A stretch of 63,969 nt of DNA, counting the filler, from Octopus bimaculoides (taxonomy: Eukaryota): the NCBI RefSeq assembly GCF_001194135.2. It is 7 parts of 7 records of this genome, joined end to end, with 100 filler letters (N's around TTAATTAATTAA, not from the genome) between each part and the next. Parts side by side here need not be neighbours in the genome. Positions count along the whole stretch, not along the records: positions 1 to 9,488 come from NC_068990.1; positions 9,589 to 38,737 come from NC_068982.1; 5 more parts are not named here. The stretch is one strand, 5' to 3'. Positions 1 to 11,258 of the stretch are shown here, one piece after another. Under the pieces are notes generated by a model. The model was given only the letters and a program-made list of their open reading frames with translations. It had not been told where the DNA came from and made no database searches. Each line of letters begins with the position of its first letter. The first letter of the stretch is position 1. A program made the position numbers and the translations under genes.

Positions 1-257
1 CTTTCTTTATTTTTTCTTTCATTTGTGTATGTTGTATCCTATCTAGTTCATTGACTCCTAAATACTTATATGGTTGGCTTTCGTCTAGTTCTCTTATTTC
101 ATTGGCTTTATCTAGTGTTATATTGCTACTTTTAACTAATTTTCCTCTTTTCAGGGTTGCTTTGGCACATTTTTCTAATCCGAATTTCATTTCTATTTCC
201 TTGGTAAAGCCGTGTACTGTCTGTAGTAGTGTTTCTAGCTCTTTGTCGTTTTTTGCA

Positions 258-309
<52 letters not shown>
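258..309. repeat. (TAT)n microsatellite
   Basis: Direct: uninterrupted tat run; explains the poly-Y in ORF 51..359. Confidence 0.95.
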
Positions 310-310
310 T

Positions 311-458
311 AAATCCTGCCAAGGTTCAGTTAACCTTCTATCCTTCCTTTCAGAGTTAATAAAATAAAGCAGCAGTCAAGTACTGGGGTAAATGACTCTG
401 ACTAATTCCTTCCCTCTAAATTTCTTGGCCTTGTATATCTAAATGAGAAACGATTATT
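311..458 (+). mobile_element. Degraded SINE, family A (core gagttcaaattccgccgaggtcgactttgcctttcatcc; Meta-domain-like)
   Basis: aaatcctgccaaggttcagttaaccttctatcc...cagtcaagtactgggg matches other copies in the window; domain name is inference. Confidence 0.7.
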
Positions 459-727
459 AACCCTGGCAGGGAAGATTTATGATTAGATGACATAATGATA
501 TAAACATTAGGTTTAAAATATGAGAACAAATATTAAAGGAATAAGACAAGCAGGGAAACTAAAAGAAACATGTATGCTGTATGGAAATTAATTTATATTT
601 AATTACTGTTTAGTCTTAAACTGATTATTTTATGTGTTTTTTTAAATCTTTTTTGGTGGTCGTGGAATTTAATTGGGGTGGTTTCAGATTTCAGTGTGGG
701 CAAGAGGTTCACACCCTCAGTATAAAG

Positions 728-935
728 AATTAGTTGTTATTCATTGGTGTTGGTTTGTTTATGTCCTTGTAACTTAGCAGTTTGGCCAAAAGGTATGGAT
801 GAAATGAATAGGATGAGTACTAAACTTAAAAATAAGCACTGGTGTAGATTTAGAATTGATTGACTAAACCTGTTATCATAAAGTTCCAGCATGGCAAAAA
901 TCCATTGACTTAAACAAGTAAAAGAATAAAAAAAA
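728..935 (-). mobile_element. 3' part of SINE family B (CORE-like, tail ...atggccgcagtcaaatgactgaaacaagtaaaag)
   Basis: gtaacttagcagtttggccaaaag...ccagcatggc...gactaaacaagtaaaag shared with 6575-6905, 29500-29885 and 60500-60740; strand uncertain (the sequence reads in the same sense as those + copies). Confidence 0.55.
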
Positions 936-1084
936 AATACACACACATACATATAATGGAAGAAGGAATATATGTGTGTGTTAATGCATGCATGTGTGTG
1001 TATGCTTTTATTTTGGTCAAGTCAGTGAAATTCCGGGATGGCAAGACACTGACTCAACCAATGTAGAAATATCATTTTCTACTA

Positions 1085-1352
1085 TGGTGAGTACTCTTTC
1101 TTCTGACTACCACCTCTAAATGAATAAGCGTGGCCGTTACCAGTATCGCCTGACTGGCCTTCGTGCAGGTGACACGTAAAAGCACCTACTACACTCTCTG
1201 AGTGGTTGGCGTTAGGAAGGGCATCCAGCTGTAGAAACTCTGCCAAATTTAGATTGGAGCCTGGTGTTGCCATCCGGTTTCACCAGTCCTCAGTCAAATC
1301 GTCCAACCCATGCTAGCATGGAAAGCGGACGTTAAACGATGATGATGATGAT
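1085..1352 (+). mobile_element. Young SINE family C (V-domain-like gtggttggcgttaggaagggcatccagctgtag, (GAT)n tail)
   Basis: Near-identical reverse-complement copy at 9252-9488; ends gcggacgttaaacgatgatgatg. Confidence 0.85.
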
Positions 1353-1719
1353 ATATATATATATATATATATATAAAATCACACACACACACAACATACA
1401 TATGTATGTATATACAAGCATACACATACATGTGTATATATGTGTGTATGTACATATATGTATGATACGTATATATACATATTTACACACACACACACAT
1501 ATATAGATTTTTAAAACATGACAGTTTAGTGCAACTTAAGCTTTGTAAGTAAACAACTTCTTACATAATTCCATGATGTAATGTTTCAATTTTAATAACA
1601 TTGCTAATATTTTAAACGCACTAACTCAACACAGGGTGTGTAATTCCTATTACATTATATCCTGTTTACTGTCAACATGCTCTCTTTTTTGCACTTATTA
1701 TGATTTATCCTTGTAAGGG

Positions 1720-2745
1720 TGACAAACTGGCAGGATCATTAGAGCATCTGACAAAACACTTTGCAGTCTTTGTTCTGGCTCTTTATGCTCTGAGTTCAAG
1801 TCCTGCTGAGATCAACTTTTAATTTTTTGAGAGTCAATAAATTAAAGTATCAGTCAAGTACTAGGATTAATGGTATCAACTCCAAGCACCGAGAAGAATG
1901 TCTTGCTGCATATGTTCTGGTTCTTTAGTTTCTGAGTTCAAGTCCCACTGAGGCGATCTTTGCTCTTCATCTCTGCAGGGTTGATAAAATAAAGTACCAG
2001 TCAAGTACTGGAATTGATGCTTCCAGCTAACTCTCCTCCCCCTCAAAAGTTGCTGGCCTTATGCTTACATCAGAAACCACTTGGTCAGATTGGCAGAATC
2101 ATTTGATCATTAGATAAAATGTCTTGTGGAATTTGTTGTGACCCCTAACATTCTGAGTTCAGGTCTCACTGAGGTTAACTTTAACTTTGGTATCTCTCCA
2201 GAGTTGATGAAATAAAATACCAGTCAAGTGCTGGAAGTGATGGTATTGACAAACACCTTCCCACCAAATTTCAGGTTATGTGCCTCTACAAGAGACAATT
2301 ATTATTATTATTATTTTTATTGTCATTGAGAGTAAAATGATAAGCTTGCAAACTCTTTTGGGCATCATCATCAAAGCAATATTTCTTCTGACTTATGTTG
2401 TGAGTTCAACTTTTGCTGAGGTCAATTTTGCTTTTCATCCTTTAGGCTCAATAAAATATAGTACCAGTTAAGTACTTAGTCTATGTAATCAACTGACCCT
2501 TTCATCTCAAGATTGGTGGCTTTGTGCCAAAATTTGAAACCATCATTACTATTGAAGATGGTGGATTGGCTGACTTGGTATTGTGTTGGACAAAATTCCT
2601 TACGATATTTACTTACACCACTTTACATTCTGAGTTCAAATCCCACCTTAGTCAACTTTACTTTTCATCCTTCTGGAGTCAATAACAGTACTTGGGTTGA
2701 TATAATCAACTACTCCTCCTTGCAAAAATTTCTCACTGTTTATAC
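1720..2745 (+). mobile_element. Head-to-tail array of about five degraded family A SINEs
   Basis: ctgagttcaa...tttcatc...aaagtaccagtcaagtact motif recurs near 1790, 1935, 2155, 2400 and 2630, all on +. Confidence 0.8.
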
Positions 2746-2795
2746 CTAACTGCACCAACACTATCAAGTGGTGGTGTGACACACACACACACACA

Positions 2796-4290
2796 GTCAA
2801 TCATGAAAATTACTGAGAGGGTTATAGCTCAATTGATGAGAAATAGAATTAAACTAGATGAGATGCAGTTTGATTGTGTACCTGGGAAGAGTACCAAAGA
2901 TGCCATCTTCCTAGTGAGACAGTTGCAGGAAAAGTACTTGGCCAAAAGTAAACCATTGTACTTAGCCTTCATCGACCTGGAGAAAGCTTTTGACAGAGTT
3001 CCTTGCTCTGTTATATGGTGGTCTCTAAGTAAGTCAGGAGTAGAGGAGTGGCTTGTTAGAGCTGTCCAACCCATGTACAGTGGTGCTGTCAGTAAGGTGA
3101 GAGTTGGCCATGAATACAGGGCTCAGTTGTCAGTTCACTCTTATTTATAATAGTCCTCCAGACCACAACAGAGGATTTCAAAACTGGGTGCCCGTGGGAA
3201 CTACTATATGCTGATGACCTTGCTCTTATTGCAGAATCTTTAGCAGAATTGAAGAAGAAATTCCAGGTATGGAAACAAAATCTGGAATCAAAGGGCCTTA
3301 CAATTAACCTAGCTAAAACAAAGTGATTGTTAGTAAGAAAGAGGATAAAACTTTCTTTCTGTCAGGTAAATGGCCCTGCTCCACATGTAGGAAAGGAGTT
3401 GGAAGAAATTACATTCGCTGCACCCAGTGTAAACTATGGACACATAAGAGGTGCAGTAGTATCACAGATTAATAGATAGTCTTTGTATGTGGCAGATGTG
3501 CAGGAACAATAAGCACTAAGAGCACAAGGGAATTAGATTCTCTCAAATACCCAGGAGGCTCTCTTGAGGTTGTAGATAGTTTCTGTTACCTAGGTGACCA
3601 AGTTAGGAATAGTGGAGGATGCTCTGAAAGTATTGTTTCTAGAATAAGAATTGGGTGGAGGAAGTTCAGAGAGCTATTACCTCTGTTGGCAACAAAAGGA
3701 CTCTCTCTCAGAGTGAAAGGTAGATTATATGATGCTTGTGTATGAATGGCTANNNNNNNNNNGAGGATGCTCTGAAAGTATTGTTTCTAGAATAAGAATT
3801 GGGTGGAGGAAGTTCAGAGAGCTATTACCTCTGTTGGCAACAAAAGGACTCTCTCTCAGAGTGAAAGGTAGATTATATGATGCTTGTGTATGAATGGCTA
3901 TACTCCTTGGTAGTGAAACATGGACTCTGAATGTGTAGACTGGAGAGAAACGAAGGTAGTATGTTCTGTTGGATATGCAACATCAGTGCATATGTATGGC
4001 AAACTGCAAATGCATTGAGAGAAAAGTTGGCATACGAGGAATCAAATGTAGCATGCAAGAGAGAAGACTATGTTGGTTTGGACATGTGTATGAATGAGGA
4101 CAGCTGCATAAAGAAGTGTTGATCACTGAAAGTGGATGGTATCCATGGAAGAAGGAGACCCCGGAAGACATGGGATGAAGTGATAAGGACCAATCTCAGG
4201 AAGTTTGGCCTCACGGAGGAAATGACAATGGACAAAGATGTCTGGTGATATGAATTTCTTAAGAAGACCCACCCACATCAGCGAAACTGA
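2796..4290 (+). mobile_element. 5'-truncated RTE-clade LINE, RT pseudogene
   Basis: Translations FIDLEKAFDRVP, GCPWELLYADDL, KGLTINLAKTK, RRRPRKTWDEVI; stops and frameshifts. Confidence 0.92.
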
Positions 4291-5105
4291 GTTCTAGAAG
4301 CACTGTGTATCCCACCCCCACTTAACAAGAAAACTTCTCACACCCTCTACCACAACAAACCAAACTACATCTCAACATCTCTTCCTCACATTTCCGCTTC
4401 ATGTACTATGATTACCTCCCACTCCCCAATCTTGTCCTCTTGGCCCTGTGCCACTGTATCATTGCTCTCGACTGGTACGTTACACCCACATGTCTTGTTT
4501 CACTCTATTATTGTTATCTGCTAACCCCTGATCTGGGTGTTCTACCCACATGTAACAAGAAAACTCTTCCCCTCATCCTACCCCAATAAACCAATCTACA
4601 TTTCTTTCTCACATTTCCTCCTTCATACACTATGCCTAGCTCTCACTCCCCAATCCTGTCCTCACACTCCTGTTCCTCTATATAATTGCTATGCAGTAGC
4701 CCCTCCAAATCTATATATACGCAGGTTTTCCATCACTTACTTGCACTCTTTAATCACACTCCCTTCGCAATATCTTGTCACTTACATTATGGCATTTCAA
4801 CCACAAGGGTATGCCCTGGCACTTGTCACCATCTATATCTCTCTCTTCCTTTATTCAACCATCTTGTTTATATTTTCATCCCCTTTCCTTGTTAGTATGC
4901 CCGGCATTTTGCCACGATCTCTATCCTGCTGCTTCATGCACTTCCTTCGAGTTGGGCAACCGTGTTTTTTTTGTTTGTGGTAGCACACCAGTTTCTGTCT
5001 TCATTCCTGATCTTTCTGTCTCCAGCCTGGTAATCTTGTACTTCCTCTACAGCAAGACACCTGTATCTGTCTCACTATAACCTTTTCATCATCACCTCCA
5101 TTTTT
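4290..5105 (+). repeat. Pyrimidine-rich region, probable 3' UTR of the RTE LINE
   Basis: C/T-rich, directly follows the RTE ORF end; similar C/T-rich tracts precede V-like domains at 29885-30080 and 35790-36060. Confidence 0.5.
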
Positions 5106-5490
5106 TTTTGATGTCTTGCAAGTACTTGGTGACCCTCTGAGTGCAGGTACCACTTAAAAGCACCCAGTCCACACTGTAAAGTGGTTGGTGTTTGGAAGGG
5201 CATCCAGCTGTAAAAACCTTGTCAAAACTGACCTCGCCTGTGCTTGAAAGCACCAAGTCCACTCTGCTGAGTGGTTGGTGTTAGGAAGGGCACCCAGCTG
5301 TAAAAACCTTGTCAAAACTGACCTCGCCTGTGCTTGCGCCACGTAAAAAGCACCAAGTCCACTCTGCTGAGTGGTTGGTGTTAGGAAGGGCACCCAGCTG
5401 TAAAAATCCTGCCAAAACAGTCACAGAAATCTGGTTCAGGCTTCTGTGCATGGAAGACGGACATTAAACGGTGTTTATGATAATGATATA
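5105..5490 (+). mobile_element. V-domain-like element (family C related) with an internally triplicated core
   Basis: gtggttggtgttaggaagggcacccagctgtaaaaa occurs three times (5157-5420); ggacattaaac...gat tail. Confidence 0.8.
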
Positions 5491-5494
5491 TGAT

Positions 5495-5630
5495 GGTTTC
5501 CATCTGCCAAATCCACTTGCAAGGCTTTGATCAGCTAGAGGCCAAAGACACTTGTCCAAGGTGCCATGCAGTGGAACTAACCTGGAACCATGTGGCTGGG
5601 AAGCAAACTTCTTACCACACAGCCACACCT
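5495..5630 (-). mobile_element. SINE family B 5' part (tRNA head plus CORE-like)
   Basis: Reverse complement ggtgtggctgtgtggtaagaagtttgcttcccagccacatggttcc...caccttggacaagtgtc. Confidence 0.8.
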
Positions 5631-5976
5631 ATCTACATACATACACACACACACACATGCATTTATATATGACACCTACACATTTATGTACATCCTTTTT
5701 AGTGCACTAAGTGCATTTATATAAATGTGTTTACAAAATGTCAGATGATACTGTGATAAATGTTTTTGAATTGAAACTTCTACAGTACAGATAGTGCTCA
5801 ACATATTCAGCTATACCTGCACATACTATATACAGTAATATGTATATTATTTATATTGCTCTACCACTCAATACTATGGATATATAGGGAGAGAGAGAGA
5901 GTGTGAAAAATTGAACAGAATAACAAAGGAACACATGGAAAAATCACACAAAACACGGACATGCTCATCTCATCAG

Positions 5977-6065
5977 TTATCGACCAAAAATCATCACAAT
6001 TTTGAGCCATTATTGAGAAGATTGTTCATTTTGGTGGTATCAACAGCAAAATGCTGTTGGGATAA
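5977..6065 (+). CDS. Candidate internal exon of an unidentified gene (LSTKNHHNFEPLLRRLFILVVSTAKCCWD)
   Basis: ctcatctcatcag acceptor, one open frame, gtgagt donor; no homology recognised. Confidence 0.25.
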
Positions 6066-6191
6066 GTGAGTCAATGTAAAGATCATAAAGGATACATATA
6101 CATCTCTACACTACAGATATTACTTTACATAAACAGCTATGCATTATACACACTGCTGTATACTGCAGACACATACAGCTGTATACAATTA

Positions 6192-6465
6192 GGCATGTGG
6201 CTTAGTGGTTAGGGTGTTGCATTTACAATGACAAGATTGTGGTTTTGTTTCCTAGACTGAGCAGTGTGTTGTGTTCTTTTGTTCTTAAAACACCTCATTT
6301 CACATTGCTCCAGTCCACTCAGCTGTAAATGAGTCACCCTGCCATAGACTGGCATCCCTTTCAAGGAGAATGTTGTAATCTCAATCACTTATACACCACA
6401 GAAACCAAGTAGCTATCCCTACAAGCCCTAGGTCTCCCGACAGTAATACTCAAGGGCTGATGATG
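6192..6465 (+). mobile_element. SINE family D (tRNA head tggcttagtggttaggg, CORE-like ttgctccagtccactcagctg)
   Basis: A-box-like start; motif shared with 10126, 20330 and 26240 copies. Confidence 0.75.
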
Positions 6466-6517
6466 ATGTACCCTGCATATGTATCACATGTCTACACCAT
6501 ATACTCATCTCTACACC

Positions 6518-7018
6518 TAGGGCTGGATTAAGATCCATAGATGCCTTAAGCACTTAAAAGATTTGGTACCCCCATATATATGTATTTCAAAATATAAACA
6601 AAGCCTTGCGAGTGGATTTGGTTGATGGAAACTGAAAGAAGCCTGTTGTATATATATGTGTGTGCGTGTGTGTATTTGTATGTGACTTTGTGCATGTATT
6701 TATCCCTGCCTCCACTGCTTGACAACTGGTATTGGTGTATTTACATCCCCGTAACTTAGCAGTTTGGCAAAAGAGTCCAATAGAATAAGTATCAGGCTTG
6801 GAAAAGAAAAAAAATAAGTACTTGGGTTGATTCATTCGACTAAAACTTCTTCAGTGCAGTACCCCAGCATGGCCATTGTCTAATGACTGAAACAAGTAAA
6901 AGCTAATAGATCAAAGTGATTTCTTTTGTGCCATAAACCATTTACCATTTCTGTGGTGCCCCCTTCTCTTGATGCCCTAAGCACGTGCTTATTTTGCTTA
7001 ACAGTTAATTCAGTGCTG
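6518..7018. mobile_element. hAT-type MITE interrupted by a family B SINE (6575-6905)
   Basis: Ends tagggctggattaa / agttaattcagtgctg; flanks tctacacc / tctgcact (6 of 8 match). Confidence 0.6.
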
Positions 7019-7552
7019 TCTGCACTGCTTATCGTTCTCTACACTACATTGGACTACAATACACTAGAGCAAGCATGGATAACCATCACCATTTATGAGC
7101 CTCATGTAGTCCTTTACATCTTTTTGTACAGCACATGTAATGAAATATTATAATAATATTATATAAACATAATTTATAACTAAAACTTCGTAACTTAATA
7201 TTTAGTTCCGTCTCTGTTAAGTCGAACAATGTTATTTCTTTCTTTCTTTCATTCCCTTATGATTTCTCTCTCAAGCAAATTTTTATGATTTGCTTAGTAT
7301 ATGATATTATATAATGAATAAACACTGAGCAGTCTTTGGTTTGAGGTGCATATATCTGTAGGGTTGTTAATGAAACCAAAACAATCTGAAATAATATGAA
7401 AATAGACTTGGATATCTCGAGTAAGCAGAACAAATATGTAAAGGTTTAAAAGTCACTTATTAAATGTCATTATTATAGATTTCTCTTTTTAATTGCTGAA
7501 CAGTCAAATTTTTTGAAGTTATGCTAGCATCATGAAAAAGGAAATACACACA

Positions 7553-7740
7553 CAGGTTTCAAATTTTGACACAACGCCAGCAATTTCAAGGGAAGGATGG
7601 AAGTCGGTAACATCCCCCACCCCCAGTGCTTAAATGGTACTTATTTTATCAACCCCAAAAGGATGAAAGGTCAAGTCAACTTCAGTGGAATGTGAACTCA
7701 GAAGAAACACTGCTAACAATTTTTCTAGCTTGCCACCTTA
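7553..7740 (-). mobile_element. Family A SINE
   Basis: ggtacttattttatcaaccccaaaaggatgaaaggtcaagtcaacttcagtggaatgtgaactcag. Confidence 0.8.
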
Positions 7741-7913
7741 CACATGCACACACACATATATATATTGACAGCTTATAATGTACTGTTATTAGATATGATG
7801 TTTGTTAAATTATTATTTTAGTATAGCACCAACATATGATATTTTATGCATATACACTATTCACTGGCAAGATACTGAGATAAATGTACTGTATTAAAAA
7901 CAATATTTATCAG

Positions 7914-8004
7914 AGGAAGACGAAAAAGTGGCTTGGCAGTGGCTAGCAAGAATGCCTGATGCATTTCAACCTTCTTTGGCCTTGTCAATGGCATGCACCT
8001 GTAG
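7914..8004 (+). CDS. Candidate penultimate exon (EDEKVAWQWLARMPDAFQPSLALSMACTC)
   Basis: tatttatcag acceptor, a single open frame, AG|gtacat donor, non-repetitive island. Confidence 0.35.
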
Positions 8005-8064
8005 GTACATAGCTAGCCAAGATTTGCCATTTCTGATATATAGGAAACAATGAATAATATGTTC

Positions 8065-8690
8065 ACTGATATTGTGAATAATGGTTCTTTCCTATATCAA
8101 CTTTGTCTTTCATCCCTCTGAAGTTTTGGAATCAATAGTATTGAATAATTTTCTCTCCACCAAAATTGCTGGCCATAATTATTGTTGTTGTTGTTGCTAA
8201 GGCAGCGACCAGGCAGAATTGCTAGCCTGCTGGGCATAATGCTGCTAAGCATTTGGCCCATTTTTAAACTCTGAGTTCAGATTCTGCCAAGGTTGACTTT
8301 GCCTTTCATCCTTTTGTGGTCTATAAAGTACCAGCTTGAGTACTGGGGTTGATGCAATTGACCTACTCCTCCCCAAAAATTTCAGGCCTTGTGCCTTTAG
8401 TAGAAAGGATTATTATTAATTTTATTATTATTATTATTAAGATTAAGGTGGTGAGCTGGAACAGTTGTTTGAGCATCAGAAAAATTGTACTGCCATATTT
8501 ATTCTGAGTTCAAATTCTGCAGAGGTCAAATTTGCCTTTTATCCTTACAGGATTGATAAAACAAAGTACCAGTCATGTATTGGAGTCATAAACTCCTCCT
8601 CCTCCCCGCTTCAAAGTTGCTGGCCTTGTGTCTGAATGAGAAACTGTCCTGGTTCTTTATGTTCTAAGTTCAAATCTCCTGTCACCAGTT
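8065..8690 (+). mobile_element. Array of three to four degraded family A SINEs
   Basis: Repeated gagttca..ttctgc..aggt..actttgccttt.atcc..aaagtaccag near 8090, 8270, 8505 and 8665. Confidence 0.75.
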
Positions 8691-9104
8691 CTCACCTGTT
8701 TCAAAGCAAAGTAATATTCTCCATGACCAGAGAAGTTTTCACAGAAGTCAGGAAATAAAGGATACTGCTTTCATGTCAGTAACATTCATTTATAACTATC
8801 ACATAAAGTCAAAGCATACACACACACACGCTCGCACACACATCTATGTATATGTGTGTGATTTTCAAATCCCATCTTCAGTGAATTAACTTGGAATTCC
8901 CAAGCGACAATGTAACTAAGGTACCTTTGACCTGATGAGTAGCTAGCTGAGGACCCTTCATTGAATGATTATTACAGCAGATGATCTATTAGCTAGGAAA
9001 CATATGTAGCCTGGATTTCACCTGTTCCACTCCCTTAATTTAGATTTTTATTTGCATTCATAGCAACTCTATAGCAACTGTGAGCTATACATAAATTTTT
9101 TCAG

Positions 9105-9153
9105 CTTATTGAACTTCAATATGGGAAGAGCCTACAACCTTTGGTGTCAATAA
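9105..9153 (+). CDS. Candidate terminal coding exon (SLLNFNMGRAYNLWCQ-stop)
   Basis: ttttttcag acceptor; phase-compatible with 7914-8004; the TAA stop overlaps AATAAA. Confidence 0.3.
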
Positions 9154-9251
9154 ATTACTAGTGTTCTTCAACGTTGTTTTTATATCTATCATGGACTGTT
9201 AGAAGCTTACAAACTTCCTGCACTTAGAGCCTTGGATTTTACAATTACATA

Positions 9252-9488
9252 TCGATATCATCATCATCATCATCATCATCGTTTAACGTCCGCTTTCCAT
9301 GCTAGCATGGGTTGGACGATTTGACTGAGGACTGGTGAAACCGGATGGCAACACCAGGCTCCAATCTAATTTGGCAGAGTTTCTACAGCTGGATGCCCTT
9401 CCTAATGCCAACCACTCAGAGAGTGTAGTGGGTGCTTTTACGTGTCACCCGCACGAAAACGGCCACGCTCGAAATGGTGTCTTTTATG
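9252..9488 (-). mobile_element. Young SINE family C
   Basis: catcatcgtttaacgtccgctttccatgctagcatgggttggacg..., reverse complement of 1085-1352. Confidence 0.88.
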
Positions 9489-9588
9489 NNNNNNNNNNNN
9501 NNNNNNNNNNNNNNNNNNNNNNNNNNNNNNNNTTAATTAATTAANNNNNNNNNNNNNNNNNNNNNNNNNNNNNNNNNNNNNNNNNNNN

Positions 9589-9745
9589 GGCTTCTTTCAG
9601 TTTCCGTCTACCAAATTAATTCACAAGGCTTTGGTTGGCCCGAGGCTTTAGTAGAAGACACTTGCCCAAGGTGCCACGCCGTAGGACTGAACCCGGAACA
9701 ATGTGGTTAGGAAGAAAACTTCTTACCTATCACACAGCCATGCCT
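9589..9745 (-). mobile_element. SINE family B 5' part
   Basis: cttctttcagtttccgtctacc...gacacttgcccaaggtgccacg...gaacccgg. Confidence 0.85.
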
Positions 9746-10125
9746 ACACTCGTCGTATAATATATCAAGTGAGCGCTGGGGGTCGATGGAATTAACTTGT
9801 TCTGGCCCCACGAAATTTTGACTCTTCTGCGTATAGTAGAAAGAATTATTGTTGCTGTTGCTGCTGCTGCTGTTTCTTGCTCTGATATTTAATATCAAAT
9901 ATTTCCGTGTTGGAGTATTTCCATAAGAAATTCTTCATTTCCATAATATTTCTGTGATTCTCATCAGAATTAATGAGGTAAATGTAATCAGGCATATCGT
10001 ATGACTGGTAATTGAATATATTATACACACACACACACACACACACATACATACATACATACACACACATACATATGTGTGAATATGTATATGTGCATAT
10101 GTATGTATGCGTATGTGTGTGTCGA

Positions 10126-10519
10126 CGCGTGACTTAGCGGTTAGGATGTTCATTCGTGATCTTAAGGTCGCGGTTTCGATTACTTGACACGGTTGTGCAT
10201 TGTGCTCTTGAGCAAAACACTTCATTTCACGGTGCTCCAGTCCGCTCAGCAGACAAAAATGAGTCATCCTGCGACGGACTGGTGGTTAGGGCAGCAAACT
10301 CTCGGTCATAGGATCGCGGTTTCGATTTCCAGACCGGGCGTTGTGAGTGTTTATTGAGCGAAAACATCCAAAGCTCCACGAGGCCCCGGCAAGGGATGGT
10401 GGCGAACCCTGCTGTACTCTTTCACCACAGCTTTCTCTCACTCTTACTTCCTGTTTCTGTTGTACCTGTAATTCAAAGGGGCCAGCCTTGTCACACTCTG
10501 TGTCATGCTGAATCTCCCC
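10126..10519 (+). mobile_element. Two adjacent tRNA-derived SINEs (family D plus a related family), ending at a gap
   Basis: gtgacttagcggttagg...gtttcgatt and ggttagggcagc...ggtttcgatttcc heads; CORE-like ttgagcaaaacacttcatttcac. Confidence 0.7.
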
Positions 10520-11258
10520 NNNNNNNNNNNNNNNNNNNNNNNNNNNNNNNNNNNNNNNNNNNNNNNNNNNNNNNNNNNNNNNNNNNNNNNNNNNNNNNNN
10601 NNNNNNNNNNNNNNNNNNNNNNNNNNNNNNNNNNNNNNNNNNNNNNNNNNNNNNNNNNNNNNNNNNNNNNNNNNNNNNNNNNNNNNNNNNNNNNNNNNNN
10701 NNNNNNNNNNNNNNNNNNNNNNNNNNNNNNNNNNNNNNNNNNNNNNNNNNNNNNNNNNNNNNNNNNNNNNNNNNNNNNNNNNNNNNNNNNNNNNNNNNNN
10801 NNNNNNNNNNNNNNNNNNNNNNNNNNNNNNNNNNNNNNNNNNNNNNNNNNNNNNNNNNNNNNNNNNNNNNNNNNNNNNNNNNNNNNNNNNNNNNNNNNNN
10901 NNNNNNNNNNNNNNNNNNNNNNNNNNNNNNNNNNNNNNNNNNNNNNNNNNNNNNNNNNNNNNNNNNNNNNNNNNNNNNNNNNNNNNNNNNNNNNNNNNNN
11001 NNNNNNNNNNNNNNNNNNNACGTTAATTTGTCTTCCCTTTCCTGAGCGGCTGCTAATACATTACATGTACCACGTCCTCGCGTGTTGTTTTTTCATGTTT
11101 GTTCTTCTTTGCTTAGATTCACTATATATATATATATATATATATAAACGTGTGCACTCACACACACACACACACATGCACACACATACTATTTCTAATT
11201 CTGTGGTACCTCAAAATTCCAGGGCTTTTTTAAACGTTGCATACCCGCGTAATCTTGC

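Noticed and set aside
3615-3900. Exact duplication of about 138 bp inside the RTE element
   Set aside because: The two copies flank a short N gap; an unmerged contig overlap
7003-7130. Strong acceptor ttgcttaacag with an open frame
   Set aside because: It lies in the hAT MITE right TIR, followed by degenerate ctacac repeats
9533-9544. TTAATTAATTAA recurring at 9533, 38781, 45063, 54536, 57193 and 60389
   Set aside because: Always centred in N runs of about 44 nt on each side; an assembly linker with stops in all six frames, not biology
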